34,174 nucleotides of DNA from a virus (taxonomy: Duplodnaviria > Caudoviricetes). The position numbers and the translations under genes are program-made. Of the stretch, positions 19,162 to 26,254 are shown in pieces; position 1 is the stretch's first letter, and each line of letters begins with the position of its first letter. The notes under the pieces were generated by a model. The model was not told the origin of the DNA, did not search any database, and worked only from the letters and a program-made list of their open reading frames with translations. The stretch covers positions 1-34,174 of IMG/VR virus record IMGVR_UViG_3300034200_000097; one strand, written 5' to 3'.

Positions 19162-19802
19162 TCGCGCCCATACTCAACGTCCATGTAATCCTTAAACCAC
19201 GGGCCACCTCGGGTGAAATGCACAGCGATGGGATTCGGGCATTGGTCGCGGGTGTGCCAGCCCTCAAGGTAGTTCCATGTGATCGGTAGCTCGCCAATAA
19301 CGTCATCGGTGAGCCATTGGAATCGGTGCAAATACATCCCCGTCTCGCGATTGACCACCTCGGGCGTGAGCGCCTTGACTTGTTCGTGGCCGCAGTTGAT
19401 AAACATAAAAGACGACCAGTTTTTACGGGGATATTGATGCTGCGTTTTGTTGTCCATCTTGACGGTTTCCGTCGGCCTATAGTCGTGCTTTACAAGAAAG
19501 CAGGCTTTTGCCCCGTCGGCGTAGTCCAGCAGTCCCGCAATGTCGCCCCGGAAAAGAAAATCGCAGTCCACAAATACCGCCCAACCGTCATAACCGGCGA
19601 GGTATGGGGTCAGAAAACGAGTAAAAGAAAACTCGGTAGACGACAGCGGATCAGCCTCACGCCAATAAAGGCTACGCTCCCGAAGTTCTGACTGCACAAT
19701 AGGCTTGATGTCCACCGGGATGCTGGCGTGACGCAGGATTGACCGACGGCAGACCTGATACGCAATATCCTCGCGGCTATCCCAGCCGATAAATACCTTC
19801 AT
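19140..19802 (-). CDS. GT-A fold glycosyltransferase (GT8-like, plant CDI-like)
   Basis: Motifs VFIGWDSRE, STEFSFTRFL.P.L, DCD (DxD), YPRKNWSS, WNYLEG and VHFT.GGPWF. Confidence 0.85.
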   Translation of the reverse strand: MKVFIGWDSREDIAYQVCRRSILRHASIPVDIKPIVQSELRERSLYWREADPLSSTEFSFTRFLTPYLAGYDGWAVFVDCDFLFRGDIAGLLDYADGAKACFLVKHDYRPTETVKMDNKTQHQYPRKNWSSFMFINCGHEQVKALTPEVVNRETGMYLHRFQWLTDDVIGELPITWNYLEGWHTRDQCPNPIAVHFTRGGPWFKDYMDVEYGREWLEASR

Positions 19803-20275
19803 AACCGCTCCTCAAAGTCTATGTACCGCCAACCCAAGTATTCGGGCGTCACGGCGTATACGTCATAGTCGTACCCGCGCTCCCGATCCACTATCTTTTG
19901 TACCCGCCAATCGGGGAACGTCGTCTTAACGTCCACCAGCGCCGCTACGGTCATGCTGGCGTTGACGATGTAGTAGTAGTCAGGGCGAGGATCGGCAGCA
20001 TCAAACGACTTCTTGGCGCAGATCGCGGCAGTCTCAAACGGCCACGCCTGATACCCGAAATCGTGCTTGATGTGCTTTACCTCTATCCGCTTGCCCGAGG
20101 CGTATATGTCGCCCCTATCGGCAAACTCTGCCCGGTCGGCAAAGTCCTTTGCCATCCGACGTTTTGGCAGCGTCACCGTATGGCCGATGTTGAGAAGGTA
20201 AGTCGCCACGACAATCTCTGCCGGGCGACTCGCCCTAAACCTCGCCTCAAAATCAGAAGGGGGTATCAAGGTCAT
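19799..20275 (-). CDS. Putative PD-(D/E)XK nuclease
   Basis: E...A.YL...G helix followed by GDI....RIEVK. Confidence 0.5.
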   Translation of the reverse strand: MTLIPPSDFEARFRASRPAEIVVATYLLNIGHTVTLPKRRMAKDFADRAEFADRGDIYASGKRIEVKHIKHDFGYQAWPFETAAICAKKSFDAADPRPDYYYIVNASMTVAALVDVKTTFPDWRVQKIVDRERGYDYDVYAVTPEYLGWRYIDFEERL

Positions 20276-20537
20276 CCCAGTTTTTCTCGTTTATCTCGGG
20301 TTTCTTCGTGGCTTGATGTTGCGGTTCGCCACCGCGTGACAACTTGCCCTCACCCTTGGGTTCAATCTTGATGCTCATGTACTTGTCGCCTGTCTTTTGC
20401 GAGGACTTGATCCAAGCCGACAGGTTGTAGTCCACGTTGTTGATGACTGCCGAGCCACGGTAGTCGGGGCGCTTCTCGTTGCCGTCCTTGTTGTTCTTAA
20501 ACAGAACGCCTTTCATGTTCGGATCGTAATCAGGCAC
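20253..20537 (-). CDS. Putative ssDNA-binding protein (DUF736-like)
   Basis: G.LFKN...KRPDYRG...LSAW...G.KYMS with an acidic DDLDTPF tail; adjacent to ERF. Confidence 0.65.
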   Translation of the reverse strand: MPDYDPNMKGVLFKNNKDGNEKRPDYRGSAVINNVDYNLSAWIKSSQKTGDKYMSIKIEPKGEGKLSRGGEPQHQATKKPEINEKNWDDLDTPF

Positions 20538-21225
20538 GGTGTTTCTCCTTGGTCATTTGAATGTACTTCTTGATGGCTGACCGCTCCTTTGCCGTCATGG
20601 CATTGGCTACGGCGATATAAAGGTCGTGGTCAGGGTTGACGAGTTCGTGGACGGCCAACACCGCTAATGCGATGTCGTATTCGTCGGCGTCCATGTCAAA
20701 CGCGGCACGGAACTGGTTGACGAAAATATCCCGTTTGGCGGGGTCTACGTCCTTACCCATGTCACCCCTAGGGTCATTGGTAAAGCCCGCCTTCGGAGCC
20801 ACCTCATGCGTCTGGGCGTCAGCGTCGTTGTCACCCTCGGTCGGGATGCAAAACGTCTGAAACGCAGCGTACTTATAAGCGGCTGACATGGCCTTGTTGC
20901 TGGCCTTATCGCCCGAGTCCATCGCCTCACCTACCGTCACGACCGTGTGCTTGCTCGCATCTTCGGCGGCTACAAAGTCAAACTCTACGGTCAGCGTGAC
21001 GTAGAACAGCGCCGTGCCTTGGCGGTTCTGGCGCTCAATAACCTGTCGGTCAGTCACGCGGGGCAGGATGCACAAGCCATGCTTTGACAGCAGCGGCGAA
21101 AGCGCACCGTACACTTGGTCAATGCCACGGAAAGCGTAGCCCTGCGACTGGTTCTTGCTCTCCTTGCTAATGCCAATCTTGGATAACTCGGCGGTAACCG
21201 CCGCAATCTTTTCATAAACCTTCAT
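20530..21225 (-). CDS. erf: ERF-family ssDNA annealing recombinase
   Basis: Motifs N..QGYAFRGID, GEAMDSGDKA.NKAMSAAYKYA and F.IPTEGD.D.D. Confidence 0.88.
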   Translation of the reverse strand: MKVYEKIAAVTAELSKIGISKESKNQSQGYAFRGIDQVYGALSPLLSKHGLCILPRVTDRQVIERQNRQGTALFYVTLTVEFDFVAAEDASKHTVVTVGEAMDSGDKASNKAMSAAYKYAAFQTFCIPTEGDNDADAQTHEVAPKAGFTNDPRGDMGKDVDPAKRDIFVNQFRAAFDMDADEYDIALAVLAVHELVNPDHDLYIAVANAMTAKERSAIKKYIQMTKEKHRA

Positions 21226-21343
21226 CTTCTTGCTCCTTTAGTTCTGCTAATGCCTTGTTGCAGGCTTCTATGCGTTCTTGTTCTTCCAGTTCTTGCATCA
21301 GTTGGTCTTGGTGATGCCACCAAGTCATATCGTCATCGTGCAT
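21212..21343 (-). CDS. Small acidic protein (43 aa; not in ORF track)
   Basis: MHDDDMTWWHHQDQLMQELEEQERIEACNKALAELKEQEDEGL with a GAGGAG RBS. Confidence 0.55.
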   Translation of the reverse strand: MHDDDMTWWHHQDQLMQELEEQERIEACNKALAELKEQEDEGL

Positions 21344-21455
21344 GGCTGGCTCGCTCCTCTGCCGGGGTGCAGCCACCGTCGCCGCACGGGTCGTTGATGG
21401 CAGCTATGGCGTATAGCGCCACAATGAGGATGGCTTGGGGTAACCAGCGGCTCAC
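21333..21455 (-). CDS. Small membrane peptide (40 aa; not in ORF track)
   Basis: GTG start overlapping the upstream TGA, GGAG RBS; MSRWLPQAILIVALYAIAAINDPCGDGGCTPAEERASHAR. Confidence 0.5.
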   Translation of the reverse strand: MSRWLPQAILIVALYAIAAINDPCGDGGCTPAEERASHAR

Positions 21456-21730
21456 AGGTCGTCTCCCCACGGGCCGTTCATCAGCGCGTCGTTGGTGGCG
21501 ATTTCCTCAAGCTCAAAGATGGCATCTGCGCCGAGGTCACAAATGTCTAGCTTGATGTCGTGGTTAAGCGATGAGGCGGCCTTGTCGTTATCAAGGAAGA
21601 TACCGATCAGGTCGGCAGCCTCAAGGATGATGCCGCCATCTAGGTCTTGGGTGTACTCCACGCGCACCTCAAACTTGTTAGAGAGGGCGTAGAACGTACC
21701 GAAACCGTGGAATGTGTCTTTGCGAGGCAT
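21452..21730 (-). CDS. Acidic hypothetical early protein
   Basis: AGGAG RBS before ATG 21730. Confidence 0.7.
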   Translation of the reverse strand: MPRKDTFHGFGTFYALSNKFEVRVEYTQDLDGGIILEAADLIGIFLDNDKAASSLNHDIKLDICDLGADAIFELEEIATNDALMNGPWGDDL

Positions 21731-21768
21731 ATCTGTTGCTCCTGTTGTGTTTATCAACGTGGGGTAGA

Positions 21769-21782
21769 TTAACCAAAGTAAA
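21769..21782. promoter_or_regulatory. Operator-like palindrome 3 (TTAAC-CAAA-GTAAA) overlapping a leftward -10 (TAATCT)
   Basis: One mismatch to TTAAC-N4-GTTAA. Confidence 0.5.
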
Positions 21783-21803
21783 GGCGGGTTGGAAGTCCCC
21801 GCC
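21775..21803 (-). terminator. Putative intrinsic terminator after the first leftward gene
   Basis: The minus strand reads GGCGGG-gacttccaa-CCCGCC followed by TTTACTTT. Confidence 0.5.
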
Positions 21804-21811
21804 GTGCTTTG

Positions 21812-22120
21812 TCAGAAATTGTAGTCGTAGAACTTTTGGGGCTTGTCGGCGAGGGCATAACGATTGCCGTGCGCATCTTTCCAGCCTTTCTTGCCGAGGC
21901 GAATACGCACCGACTTGGCCGACTCGTCGCTGCTAATAACCCAGCGTTGTTCGCTCTGGTTGATAACTGTGCCGCAAAAACCGCCCGGAACAAAATCAGG
22001 CTTCCATGACTGATCGCGTTCGGCATTCATGGCGCGAATCTCAAGGGTCTTGTCGCTGATACGGCGAACAATCTCAAACGGGTTGATGTCGCTGTAGCCA
22101 ATGTGATTTGCGTAATTCAT
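21812..22120 (-). CDS. Hypothetical early protein
   Basis: 102 aa first gene of the leftward operon; AGGAAG RBS; ends FYDYNF. Confidence 0.75.
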   Translation of the reverse strand: MNYANHIGYSDINPFEIVRRISDKTLEIRAMNAERDQSWKPDFVPGGFCGTVINQSEQRWVISSDESAKSVRIRLGKKGWKDAHGNRYALADKPQKFYDYNF

Positions 22121-22168
22121 GTGTTTGCTTCCTATCTGTGTTAGCAGGTCATTAGTGACCGTGATGAA

Positions 22169-22199
22169 ATCTTAACCTATGTTAATAGGCGAGTGTCAA
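22169..22199 (-). promoter_or_regulatory. Leftward early promoter with operator palindrome 1 (TTAAC-CTAT-GTTAA, 22172-22185)
   Basis: TTGACA-N19-TAAGAT on the minus strand (long spacer), with a perfect palindrome overlapping the -10. Confidence 0.55.
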
Positions 22200-22230
22200 C
22201 ACTTATTCCAACGACCATAGTGCGGATACG

Positions 22231-22260
22231 TTGCCGAGGGGCTGTAACGCAAGTTAAAAT
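22231..22260 (+). promoter_or_regulatory. Rightward promoter with operator palindrome 2 (GTAAC-GCAA-GTTAA, 22244-22257)
   Basis: TTGCCG-N18-TAAAAT; the cro ATG begins 7 nt after the -10, consistent with a leaderless mRNA. Confidence 0.55.
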
Positions 22261-22266
22261 GGCAAA

Positions 22267-22434
22267 ATGGACATCAAATCAGCATTAAAGAAGTTTGGTT
22301 CCCCGAGCGGTATCGCACGGGCGTTTGGCGTTAAACCCCCGGCTGTATCCAGATGGATACGTAACGGGGCGATCCCGCAACAAAGGCTGTGGCAGTACAA
22401 GGCTGGGCTGGTTAAAGCGCCAAAAGGGCGTTAG
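22267..22434 (+). CDS. cro: Cro-like HTH repressor (55 aa; not in ORF track)
   Basis: MDIKSALKKFGSPSGIARAFGVKPPAVSRWIRNGAIPQQRLWQYKAGLVKAPKGR shows the classic FG....A.A.G+...AVS.W....IP..R pattern. Confidence 0.88.
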   Translation: MDIKSALKKFGSPSGIARAFGVKPPAVSRWIRNGAIPQQRLWQYKAGLVKAPKGR

Positions 22435-22442
22435 TGGACGCC

Positions 22443-22517
22443 AGAAACGACAAACCCCCTTTCGGGGGCTTGACGCGGCCGGGGGACGGCCATACGCTTC
22501 GGGTAGTTGCAGAGCGT
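22443..22517 (-). ncRNA. Putative ~75 nt three-hairpin antisense RNA
   Basis: Has its own promoter (22553-22524). Stems ACGCT/AGCGT, GGCCG/CGGCC and CAAGCCCCC-GAAA-GGGGGTTTG, followed by a U-rich tail. Confidence 0.55.
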
Positions 22518-22523
22518 GGAAGA

Positions 22524-22553
22524 ATCTTAACAGCGCCGTTCTGGCCCTGTCAA
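22524..22553 (-). promoter_or_regulatory. Antisense sigma70-type promoter
   Basis: TTGACA (22553-22548) - N18 - TAAGAT (22529-22524). Confidence 0.6.
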
Positions 22554-22757
22554 AAACCCCACGCAGTTCCCTTGGTATGGAACTAAAAATCTACCAGCGG
22601 AGGGCCGGTCGTTTGGATCGGGCTGGACACCGCTTACCAAAGTCCAGCGGGCCTAAACACCGTGGCTATACGGGCATAGGCTTGGCCTCGCTGCCTTCCG
22701 CAGAAGTGGGGGGTAGGGGGGCCATTCCCGGGCTTCCGAGCATTGGGGTATTAAGAC

Positions 22758-23261
22758 ATGGGTAAGATGACAGAAGCACAGAGGATACGGGTAGCAAGCA
22801 GATACGTCAGGGCAGTCAGAGGTAGAGGACTGCAATCTGGTGAATCTCCGATCAAGTTAGCCGTAAAACTGTTAACAGAAATGCACCATGCACCGTGTAT
22901 TGGGGTGCCAGAAAAAAACATTGATTACCTAGACAAGCACCACTCGGTGATGTTGGAGGTAATCAGCGCTAACAAGCACAAGTTGCCGAAACGAACTAAA
23001 CGCGCCAAACCAGAGTTTTTAGAAAGTTTTGCGTGGCGCAAAGTACGGATGGAAGCCTTGTTGAAGTTCGGCCCCAAATGTATGTGTTGCGGCGCTACCC
23101 CTGCAACGGGTGCGGTAATGCACGTTGATCACATTAAGCCCCGCTTAACGCATCCAGAGTTAGCGTTAGAGCTTGATAACCTCCAAATCCTTTGCCATGA
23201 GTGCAACCACGGTAAAGGTAACTGGAACAGCACCGATTGGCGGGGGAAACATGGGCGATGA
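22758..23261 (+). CDS. HNH endonuclease
   Basis: W.KVR...L...GPKCMCCG....MHVDHIKP...HPEL.L.LDNLQILCHECNHGKG. Confidence 0.9.
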   Translation: MGKMTEAQRIRVASRYVRAVRGRGLQSGESPIKLAVKLLTEMHHAPCIGVPEKNIDYLDKHHSVMLEVISANKHKLPKRTKRAKPEFLESFAWRKVRMEALLKFGPKCMCCGATPATGAVMHVDHIKPRLTHPELALELDNLQILCHECNHGKGNWNSTDWRGKHGR

Positions 23262-23583
23262 ACTTAATTATTTTCCGACTAAACAAAGTCAACCGGAAAA
23301 GCCTAAACCTAGTCACAACCTAGAACATCAATTCCACTCCAATCAGGCCATGTGGAATTCGGCAGTACAGGAATCCCCGCTGAACCGCTTAAAGTTCTAC
23401 GACGCACAGTTAGCCAGAGGCGTTGAGGTTAACCGTGATAGGGTCGCTGAACTGATCCGAGAGGCTGGCGCTGCTGCTGTGCTATCGGATAGGGATACGA
23501 TTGGGCTGGTACGCCAGCTTTGGGGTGAACGGGCTGTGGAGAAATTGCGTGCGCGTGCCAAAACTGAACAAATACAAAGGTAA
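23251..23583 (+). CDS. Hypothetical protein
   Basis: Likely start ATG 23251 after a GGGGGA RBS. Confidence 0.6.
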   Translation: MGDELNYFPTKQSQPEKPKPSHNLEHQFHSNQAMWNSAVQESPLNRLKFYDAQLARGVEVNRDRVAELIREAGAAAVLSDRDTIGLVRQLWGERAVEKLRARAKTEQIQR

Positions 23584-23589
23584 CCAGAT

Positions 23590-24303
23590 ATGGTGGCAAA
23601 TATGGCTGACCCGGTGCATCAACGAAGCAAGGAACGAGGTGGCGTCCGTCGTTACCTTGATACCGTCACGCCCGAGGAATATGTCCCGCAAACGGGTGAA
23701 GTTGACCTTACAGAGCTTTCGCTCACCGGCCTTGCTGACCTGTACGGTTCGGACAAAGGCAATATCAAACACGGCTACACGAAGCACTACGAACGTATCA
23801 TTGGAGAATTGGGCGGGAAGAACGCGCCGTTGAGCGTTGGCGAGATTGGCGTAGCCTGTGGGGCATCGCTCCGTATGTGGGCTAATTACTTGCCGAACGC
23901 CAAGATTGAAGGCTTTGACATACGCCCCGACTGCGCCAACCTCTGCAAAGACTTATCTAACGTCACGATCACGATCAGCGATCCGCGTCAGGTTAATCGG
24001 GACGACCAATATGACCTATTGGTGGACGACGGCAGCCACATTGCCGAGGACATTGTAGACACATTGGTGCATTGCCAAACGTGGGTGCGCAAGGGCGGGT
24101 TTTACGTCATTGAGGATATGAGCTGCACTTACAACGAGCGTTACGCCATGCGGTTTCGTAAGCATTTCAATAGCAACCTGCCAAACGACCGGCGGCACAT
24201 CACCAACTTGCTAAACGAAATCACCAAAATGATAGACGCTAAAAATGGGGTATTTAGCGAAATGTATTACTACCCGCAGTTGTGGGTGCTGAAAGTCCGA
24301 TGA
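23590..24303 (+). CDS. Class I SAM-dependent O-methyltransferase (MycE-like sugar methyltransferase motifs)
   Basis: Motifs YGSDK...HGY..HYE, EIGV..GASLRMW..Y.P.A.I.G.DI, DLLVDDGSH and GGFYVIED; start uncertain. Confidence 0.82.
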   Translation: MVANMADPVHQRSKERGGVRRYLDTVTPEEYVPQTGEVDLTELSLTGLADLYGSDKGNIKHGYTKHYERIIGELGGKNAPLSVGEIGVACGASLRMWANYLPNAKIEGFDIRPDCANLCKDLSNVTITISDPRQVNRDDQYDLLVDDGSHIAEDIVDTLVHCQTWVRKGGFYVIEDMSCTYNERYAMRFRKHFNSNLPNDRRHITNLLNEITKMIDAKNGVFSEMYYYPQLWVLKVR

Positions 24304-24620
24304 GATACGCCGCTCGCCGAGACGCTAACGATGGCTTGATTGGCGATGCGTTACGCAAGGCCGGGTTCACCGTCCACGACTACGCCTCAAACGGCGGCGT
24401 ACCAGATCGTCTCGTCGTACGGAATCTGCCCGACGGAACACCGTGGGTGTGCTGGGTAGAAATCAAGGTCGCAAAAGGAAAACTACGCCCAAGTCAGGAG
24501 CGGTTCCGCGAGGTGTTTGAACCCCGAGGGGAGTTTTACGTTGCGCGTGACCCCGAAGCGACGGTGCGTGAGTTGATGGAGCGGTATCTCGCTGCCATCA
24601 AGCCCGAGCAGCTACGTTAG
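24300..24620 (+). CDS. VRR-NUC family nuclease (Holliday junction resolvase-like)
   Basis: MR.AARRDAN...I..AL...G, GVPD.LV and VEIK..KGKL.PSQ..F; ATGA overlap at 24300. Confidence 0.82.
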   Translation: MRYAARRDANDGLIGDALRKAGFTVHDYASNGGVPDRLVVRNLPDGTPWVCWVEIKVAKGKLRPSQERFREVFEPRGEFYVARDPEATVRELMERYLAAIKPEQLR

Positions 24621-25266
24621 GCATGAGTGCCTTGCGAGCGCCTTTGTAATGCACGATAGCGGGGTCGGGATGCTGCGGAAGAAACTCAGGCAGACAGGCG
24701 TAGTACGATTCAGGCAGGTCTTGCACCTTTACCCGTTTAGCGTATTCCCGCAAAACTTCCTGATCCCCGTACCACACGCAGAATTTATCGGGCAGGACGT
24801 TATACATCTCGGCAAGGTCAGCCCACACACCCCAATCAGCGGTGATCGTGCAGCACCCGACATACGGATAAACCTGATCCAGCGTCTTGCCCGCGTACTC
24901 GCTGTAATCCTGACCGCGTTGGCGCGGGTTAAACACGGCGTCACGGTTAAACTCACGGCGCGTCATGGCTACCGGCCCCCAACCCTTGAGCAAGGCGCTA
25001 GGGCTAATCGGATGCCGCACGATCATGTCGGTATCCATGTACATCGCAGGCTCGGTCAGCCCCAACTCGGCAAAGGCATTGGTGCGCCATTGCATCAGGT
25101 ACTGCCGATTGCCCTGCGTCACAAATACCCGCGAGACACCGGGTACGGCTGGCGTCTTGTCGTCTGTGACCTGAATAATGGTCGCATCAGGATTGTGGGC
25201 GCGAATGGAAAACACCATTGCGGTGGGCATGGCGATGTCGTCGCCAACGTGGAAGAAAACAAACAT
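24598..25266 (-). CDS. GT-A fold glycosyltransferase (GT8-like)
   Basis: MYMDTDMIV (DxD motif), WYGDQEVL and IVHYKG.RK. Confidence 0.75.
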   Translation of the reverse strand: MFVFFHVGDDIAMPTAMVFSIRAHNPDATIIQVTDDKTPAVPGVSRVFVTQGNRQYLMQWRTNAFAELGLTEPAMYMDTDMIVRHPISPSALLKGWGPVAMTRREFNRDAVFNPRQRGQDYSEYAGKTLDQVYPYVGCCTITADWGVWADLAEMYNVLPDKFCVWYGDQEVLREYAKRVKVQDLPESYYACLPEFLPQHPDPAIVHYKGARKALMPNVAARA

Positions 25267-25277
25267 AGGACAAATAT

Positions 25278-25889
25278 ATGCTGAACGTGAACCGAAAACG
25301 ACTATCCCGAGCGATATGGGACACCCTTTTTGCTGACCTGCCTGACTTGCCGTGGCACGTTATTGAGGACTTGGAGAAGTTAGACCCTGCCCGACGTACC
25401 GGCAGTACCAACCACGCCTCCCTGATCGCCTTGTGGGCGGTTATACGGCACTTCCGACCCAAGGTTGTGGCCGAGATCGGCACCTACATCGGTAAGTCCA
25501 CGTTCGTGCTAGCGAGAGAGGGCGCAGACGTACACACCTGCGACATGACGCACGACTTCAAGTTGCCGCTGACAACCGCCATCACCCAGTACCACAGCAG
25601 CAGCACCGAGATGCTCGCCAAATTAGACGGCAACATTGACCTGCTGCATTTAGACGGTCGGCTCCAGCCTGACGACAAGCCGCACCTTGAGCGCCTGTTC
25701 ACGCCCGACACGGTGATCACGCTAGATGACTTTGAGGGCATAGAGAAAGGCGTCTGGAACGCCATGCAGATAGACCTGTCGCAGCGCATCCTTGTGTACC
25801 CGCCCGAACGAGAGTTGACAGAGCGTTATGCGGTGGGAGATGCTACGACTGCAATCATCCTGCCCAACTTGAGGCTGACGCCGCAATGA
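25278..25889 (+). CDS. Class I SAM-dependent methyltransferase (Methyltransf_24-like)
   Basis: RPKVVAEIGTYIGKST, IDLLHLDG and VITLDD. Confidence 0.8.
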   Translation: MLNVNRKRLSRAIWDTLFADLPDLPWHVIEDLEKLDPARRTGSTNHASLIALWAVIRHFRPKVVAEIGTYIGKSTFVLAREGADVHTCDMTHDFKLPLTTAITQYHSSSTEMLAKLDGNIDLLHLDGRLQPDDKPHLERLFTPDTVITLDDFEGIEKGVWNAMQIDLSQRILVYPPERELTERYAVGDATTAIILPNLRLTPQ

Positions 25890-26254
25890 GCCACAAAGAC
25901 GCCGCCGAATTTGTAGGCGTATTGCTGCATAGCAGTACCGCTACGCATTTTCTGCATTTGCAGACGGCGAGCTACGCCGCCCACAAGGCACTCGGCCACT
26001 ACTACCAGAACATCGTAAACTTGGCCGATAAGTACGCAGAAGCCTATCAGGGTCACTACGGCATCATCCCCCTCGCTGACTACCCCGAGGGGTTTAAGGT
26101 ACAAAAGGACGCCGCCGTATACGCCAACAGCCTGCTGACGTTCGTGAAGGGCATCCGAGGCGACCTGCCGAAAGACACCGACCTACAGAACGTCATTGAC
26201 GAGATCGTGGGCGAAATCGCCTCCCTTCTGTATAAGCTTGAGAGATTCCGATGA
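25886..26254 (+). CDS. Ferritin/Dps-like four-helix-bundle protein (DUF5856-like)
   Basis: H..HLQT.SYA.HKALG.YY.....AD..AE.YQG.YG and LQN.IDEI......YKL. Confidence 0.75.
   Translation: MSHKDAAEFVGVLLHSSTATHFLHLQTASYAAHKALGHYYQNIVNLADKYAEAYQGHYGIIPLADYPEGFKVQKDAAVYANSLLTFVKGIRGDLPKDTDLQNVIDEIVGEIASLLYKLERFR

Larger units (their letters stand above)
22435..22757 (+). other. Structured non-coding region with a G6-TA-G6 tract; candidate RNA-primed replication origin
   Basis: Largest non-coding gap in the genome, with multiple hairpins and GGGGGGTAGGGGGG at 22708-22721; occupies the usual O/P position. Confidence 0.45.

Noticed and set aside
22172-22185. CtrA binding box
   Set aside because: The spacing is TTAA-N6-TTAA rather than N7; a palindromic operator for the adjacent Cro explains it better.
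22470-22498. Plus-strand promoter TTGACG-N17-TACGCT
   Set aside because: It is plausible as the start of a primer-type RNA, but both boxes coincide with stems of the antisense RNA. It is not called as a feature without TSS data.
22295-22765. 156 aa ORF spanning the control region
   Set aside because: It overlaps the clear cro gene out of frame, has no RBS or motif, and runs through hairpins and the G-tract.
23501-23833. 110 aa overlapping ORF (KGNQIWWQIWLTRC...)
   Set aside because: It overlaps two better-supported genes out of frame; a short real peptide cannot be excluded but is unsupported.
23590-25889. DNA methyltransferases or a restriction-modification system
   Set aside because: Neither MTase has DNA-MTase catalytic motifs; the motifs fit small-molecule or sugar O-methyltransferases.
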